From the NCBI GenBank assembly GCA_049976845.1, contig JBMFHL010000018.1, positions 1-12,108 on the forward strand: 12,108 nucleotides of DNA. The letters run 5' to 3'. The stretch comes from Candidatus Micrarchaeia archaeon. Lineage in GTDB: Archaea > Micrarchaeota > Micrarchaeia > Micrarchaeales > CABMGC01. The notes beneath the pieces are model-generated. The model was not told the origin of the DNA, searched no databases, and saw only the letters and a list, made by a program, of their open reading frames with translations. Positions 8,697 to 12,108 of this stretch are shown here, piece by piece (position 1 is the stretch's first letter; the number at the start of each line of letters is the position of its first letter). The position numbers and the translations under genes are program-made.

Positions 8697-8725
8697 ACAC
8701 AGGCTTGCTTCAGGCATGCCTGTGT
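8697..8725 (-). terminator. Hairpin over the GT2 stop codon, possible terminator or RNA stability element
   Basis: ACACAGGC (8697-8704) pairs with GCCTGTGT (8718-8725), extended by TGC/GCA. The minus-strand TGA stop (8710-8712) lies in the loop. Downstream on the minus strand is only a weak T-rich run. Function is inferred. Confidence 0.3.
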
Positions 8726-9405
8726 AGTTCAAGCCTTAGGCGTATTATCTCACGCAAGAAGTAGATAATATCTGTAATTTTCACTTTTGTGCGCTTAGAA
8801 TCGCTGAATCCGACAGGCAGCTCATATATTTTTATACCACGCCTCTGCGCCTTTATGAGTAGTTCTGTATCAAAGAACCAGCCGTCCCCTTTTATGGACT
8901 TGATGAAGCCATTGAGGCTGGAGTCCCAGAACTTGAAGCCGCACTGGTGATCGTTTAGCTTTGAGTTCAGTGCTATCTTAACTATGAAATTGTATACTTT
9001 ACTTGCAACGAGCCTTTTGAACGATCTCTTGGCCTTCAAGCTGCTGTATCTCGATCCTATAACAATTTTATTGCCTTTTTCCACAAGAATTACCGCCTCC
9101 TTTATATGCCTAAGGCTGACTGAAAGATCTGCATCAGTATAGCCAATAACTTTTGCATTTATATGCGTGAGCGCCCTCTTGAGTGCTCTGCCCCTGCCAA
9201 GTTTCTCCTTTGCTGTAATAAAAATTATGCTGTGTTTCTTTGAGAAGGCTTTTATAAATTCCTTTGATCCATCTGTAGAACCGTCTTCTGCAATTGAGAG
9301 CACGCCACCAAGCCGTTTTACCTCTGCATACACCTTGCCCAGGTTCGCGTGCAGGTTATCAATTTCATTGTAGACTGGCAGTATCAAACAAAACTTCTTA
9401 ACCAA
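8710..9405 (-). CDS. GT2 polyprenol/dolichol-phosphate hexose synthase (DPM1/ALG5/AglD catalytic-domain-like), about 231 aa
   Basis: Motifs LPVYNE, EDGSTDGS, GRGRAL, YTDADL (DXD), GSRY, NDHQCGFK and WFFDTELL, with an amphipathic C-terminal helix and no TM domain. I reassigned the start from GTG 9471 to TTG 9405, which has GAGGTG at 9411-9416 and begins just before the first GT-A strand. Confidence 0.9.
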   Translation of the reverse strand: MVKKFCLILPVYNEIDNLHANLGKVYAEVKRLGGVLSIAEDGSTDGSKEFIKAFSKKHSIIFITAKEKLGRGRALKRALTHINAKVIGYTDADLSVSLRHIKEAVILVEKGNKIVIGSRYSSLKAKRSFKRLVASKVYNFIVKIALNSKLNDHQCGFKFWDSSLNGFIKSIKGDGWFFDTELLIKAQRRGIKIYELPVGFSDSKRTKVKITDIIYFLREIIRLRLELHRHA

Positions 9406-9410
9406 GCTTG

Positions 9411-9416
9411 CACCTC
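9411..9416 (-). promoter_or_regulatory. Shine-Dalgarno-like GAGGTG for the GT2 gene
   Basis: Minus strand AAGAGGTG-CAAGC-TTG GTT AAG AAG matches the GGAGGTGA consensus with a 5-nt spacer. Confidence 0.65.
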
Positions 9417-9589
9417 TTAGATTGGAGATATGCCTTGAATACTTGCACCCGACTTTTTGGTTGATGCACACCGGATTTGCATACAGTTTTTACAGCAACC
9501 ATACTTTTTGCACCAACAAAGCCCTGTATCCTGCAGTTCATTTTCTTCTGAAATTTAAATCGCACGTTTTCAATTTACGCTTCTAGAAT

Positions 9590-11635
9590 ATGTTGAATGA
9601 TATATTCTTATTTTATTATGGCGTAATATTTTTAGATGAATCAATGCTGCTTGCAATACTTTTCATGACTCTGTCATTATTGGTAGGAGTAAGCATCCTG
9701 TCTAGAATCTCTTTTGCAGATACACTTCTTGCGAAATTGGCCTTTGGCTTTCCTACCGGGGTAGTCGTATCAAGCTTCTTGTTACTTGCACTTTATGCAC
9801 TGAATGGGTACTTTAACAATGTTATATTTTATCTTACTCTTACTCTGCTTGCGGTAATCTCAGTGGCACTTCTATACCCTTTCAAATTCAAAGGATTTGG
9901 ATTGTATGGGCGCAAAAATAAGGGCAAGGACAAAAATTCTTTTAGAAAAGTTATCGCAGTGTCGCTCATTGTATATGTAATAATTGCGTTTGTACTGCTG
10001 AGCTCTATGTACATGGAAAATGGCACCCTATACTGCATAGGCCCTGCTATCTGCTCCGATCTTATGTACCATATAGGCATCGGCAATTCGCTTATCTTCA
10101 CCTCCTTCCCGCCAAAGTATCTTTTTACTATTAACGCGACAAATGTATTCCCATTCATAAGCGATTTCTATACTGCTGTGCTGATGAACTATGGCATGGG
10201 GCTCAATTTATCAGCTATGCTCCCTTACCTTTTATTCTTTTTCTCTGCAGTCGTGGGGGTAGCTTTGCTTACCTATAGGATAACAAAAAGCCCTCTTATT
10301 GTGGCCACAACACTGTTCATCTTCTGGTTTGGGAGCGACTACATGATGGGTATTATATTCTACTCACTGGGTAGCGCAAATATAACTATACCTAATGTTT
10401 TACCTCCACTAAATATGCTCCTTGGTGAGTATGGAATCAATACATTTGGAATTCATGCTATTCTGGAATCGGCAGAGTTCATAGTGAGTGGCTGGACATC
10501 CATAATGTACCAGATGCTCATGCCACAGAGGGATTTTGTGCTCGGTCTGCCAATTGGGATAATGCTTATATATGCAATTTACATTTTCGGTATTGAAAAA
10601 GCTAAAATCAACAAAACAGACTTCCTGTTCATAGGGATAATGCTCGGCACGCTTCCGCTGGTCCATCCTGTTACTATGGAAGTAGTTGCTGTTATAGGAG
10701 TTTTTGTGCTTGCTTATCTGCTGTTCGACAGGAGCAGGAGGAAAGAGACATTATTAGGATTACTGCTTATCCTAATACCTGCAATCTGCCTGGCAGTACC
10801 ACAGATTATATACATGACGCAACAGAAGCTTGCCCCTGGGTGGTACAATTTTATCTATGGCAGCTTTATGCCAAATACGGGAAATATTTTTACCTCAGCC
10901 TTATACGGGATTTTAAACATCATAGTATATTGGGTTGAGATGGTGGGAATACCCCTCATAATAGCAATAGTAGGCCTAAAGCTAGCCCCAAAAAAAGTCA
11001 GGGTATTTTTTGTGCCTTTCTTGATACTCTGGATATTTATAACAGTATATTCAGTGCAGCCTTATTCTTCTGACTCAAACAAGATTTTTGTATATATATT
11101 CTTAATGTTAAGCGTAGTAGCGGGCTATCCGCTTGCCTGGCTTTACAGCAGAAAAAATTTGCTGGCCAAGTCACTTGTCGTAATTCTCGTGGCTTCGATA
11201 AGCTTGAACTTTATCTTTGTATATGGTTATTGGGCATCAATGCCGCTGCCATGGATAACATCAGCTGCATTTAACGCCACTAATTATATACTGCAGAATA
11301 CCAGCCAAAATGCAATTTTTGCTGTAAGCAACAATAACTCGCTGCTGCAGATAGTTTCAACTCTTGGGCACCGCCAGACACTTATATCAGTGGAGGATTA
11401 TGTTGAGATAGATGAATACACTTATCCTCTATCGGAGCTAGACAATTCAAACGCCCAGATATTTAATTATGCAAACTGTTCAACCATAAAAAAGTATAAT
11501 ATCTCATACATATTCTATCAAGAAAGCAACGCAAGTGGAGAAAAAGTGTTTGAAAATGGTAATTTTATACGTGTATATAATACTACCGATGCTCTAAGAA
11601 ACAGGGTAATAGCAATTTATAAAGTTAACTGTTAA
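9590..11635 (+). CDS. Large polytopic membrane protein, probable divergent GT-C fold glycosyltransferase, up to 681 aa
   Basis: Extra N-terminal helices, then external loop CSDLMYHIGIGNSL...FPPKYLF...FPFISDFYTAVL, MPQRDFVLGLP, LPLVHP, and a C-terminal globular domain NYILQNTSQNAIFAV...LGHRQTL...IKKYNISYIF...IAIYKV. The start is uncertain; ATG 9644 (MLLAILF) is equally plausible. Confidence 0.7.
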   Translation: MLNDIFLFYYGVIFLDESMLLAILFMTLSLLVGVSILSRISFADTLLAKLAFGFPTGVVVSSFLLLALYALNGYFNNVIFYLTLTLLAVISVALLYPFKFKGFGLYGRKNKGKDKNSFRKVIAVSLIVYVIIAFVLLSSMYMENGTLYCIGPAICSDLMYHIGIGNSLIFTSFPPKYLFTINATNVFPFISDFYTAVLMNYGMGLNLSAMLPYLLFFFSAVVGVALLTYRITKSPLIVATTLFIFWFGSDYMMGIIFYSLGSANITIPNVLPPLNMLLGEYGINTFGIHAILESAEFIVSGWTSIMYQMLMPQRDFVLGLPIGIMLIYAIYIFGIEKAKINKTDFLFIGIMLGTLPLVHPVTMEVVAVIGVFVLAYLLFDRSRRKETLLGLLLILIPAICLAVPQIIYMTQQKLAPGWYNFIYGSFMPNTGNIFTSALYGILNIIVYWVEMVGIPLIIAIVGLKLAPKKVRVFFVPFLILWIFITVYSVQPYSSDSNKIFVYIFLMLSVVAGYPLAWLYSRKNLLAKSLVVILVASISLNFIFVYGYWASMPLPWITSAAFNATNYILQNTSQNAIFAVSNNNSLLQIVSTLGHRQTLISVEDYVEIDEYTYPLSELDNSNAQIFNYANCSTIKKYNISYIFYQESNASGEKVFENGNFIRVYNTTDALRNRVIAIYKVNC

Positions 11636-11672
11636 ATTAATAGGTATATATAGGATTAATTTCGATGACAGA

Positions 11673-11680
11673 TTTTTTTT
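11673..11680 (+). terminator. Oligo-T tract, putative archaeal terminator
   Basis: T8 run 38 nt after the TAA ending at 11635. Such runs are also common by chance in AT-rich spacers. Confidence 0.35.
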
Positions 11681-11692
11681 AAAATTCAACGT

Positions 11693-11719
11693 TTTATATT
11701 TTTATTGCTGATTTAGGTG
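11693..11719 (+). promoter_or_regulatory. Candidate TATA (TTTATA, 11693-11698) and SD-like AGGTG (11715-11719) for the last gene
   Basis: Both lie upstream of TTG 11727. Their spacing is tight, so only one may be used. Confidence 0.4.
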
Positions 11720-11726
11720 TATCTAA

Positions 11727-12108
11727 TTGAGGATTGCAAAAACCAGGAAGCCGTTATTGCTTTTGGCACTTGTCGTTATTGCAGGACTTGCACTTTCTAT
11801 CTATCTCTACTCAGGACCCTATCTGCTTTATGATGACTCCACTTATATATATCTTGCACACCAGGCATTGCTGGGGAATCGAGGAATCGCGACGGATATG
11901 TTTTTTTATGGCTTCCTGAAAATATTACAGCTTGCCCTGTCATTCTACCTATTAGGATATGGAAATGTGCAGGCAATCCTACCGACAACAATAGAATATG
12001 TGGCAACTATTATAATTGTATTCTTCTCTGCTATGGAACTGTTCAAGAGGAGGAACTTTTGGTTTGCGGGGGCGGCAGCTTTCATAGCAGCGACAGCACC
12101 CTTTGTAG
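11727..12108 (+). CDS. GT-C fold membrane glycosyltransferase (ArnT/PMT_2-like), 3'-partial (127 codons, runs off right edge)
   Basis: Not in the ORF track; translated by hand from TTG 11727, which follows an in-frame TAA: MRIAKTRKPLLLLALVVIAGLALSIYLYSGPYLLYDDSTYIYLAHQALLG...SFYLLGYG...AMELFKRRNFWFAGAAAFIAATAPFV. It has the same DD-x-x-Y-x-x-L loop and helix spacing as the 5140 and 8513 proteins. Confidence 0.85.
   Translation, partial: MRIAKTRKPLLLLALVVIAGLALSIYLYSGPYLLYDDSTYIYLAHQALLGNRGIATDMFFYGFLKILQLALSFYLLGYGNVQAILPTTIEYVATIIIVFFSAMELFKRRNFWFAGAAAFIAATAPFV

Noticed and set aside
8538..8732. 64-aa Cys-rich minus-strand ORF
   Set aside because: Non-ATG start inside the GT2 3' end, runs across the probable AT-rich promoter of the next gene and shows no convincing domain. 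Not fully excluded.
9406..9471. N-terminal extension of the GT2 from GTG 9471
   Set aside because: The 22 extra residues precede the GT-A fold, and a strong GAGGTG supports TTG 9405.
5424..10666. Short track ORFs 5424..5624, 6969..7244, 7375..7572, 9167..9373, 9829..10158 and 10409..10666
   Set aside because: Wholly or mostly nested in or antisense to well-supported long CDS, with no recognisable motifs.
9590..11635. Calling the 681-aa protein aglB
   Set aside because: No WWDYG motif, so no gene symbol was assigned.
11634..11662. Inverted repeat AAATTAAT...ATTAATTT
   Set aside because: AT-only 8-bp arms in an AT-rich spacer; likely chance.
11734..12006. Track ORFs 11734..11919 (+) and 11797..12006 (-)
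   Set aside because: Wrong-frame and antisense overlaps of the GT-C gene starting at 11727.

Overview
An AT-rich, archaeal-looking window devoted almost entirely to cell-surface glycosylation. The lineage is most likely DPANN/Micrarchaeota-like; this is an inference from BRE-TATA promoters, (G)AGGTG ribosome-binding sites and very high N-X-S/T sequon density. I support eight CDS. Five are polytopic GT-C-fold glycosyltransferase-like membrane proteins: four ArnT/PMT_2-like with a DE/DD first-loop motif (one runs off the right edge and is missing from the ORF track) and one divergent member with an AglB/STT3-like C-terminal domain lacking WWDYG. One is a GT2 polyprenol-phosphate sugar synthase. 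Two are membrane-anchored, sequon-rich surface proteins: a PQQ/BamB-like beta-propeller (runs off the left edge, also missing from the track) and a protein with beta-helix modules. The most interesting reading is an extracytoplasmic glycan-tailoring locus with a lipid-linked donor synthase, an expanded set of GT-C paralogues and candidate substrates together. I found no tRNA, rRNA, CRISPR array or mobile element. All assignments come from reading motifs by eye; no searches were run.
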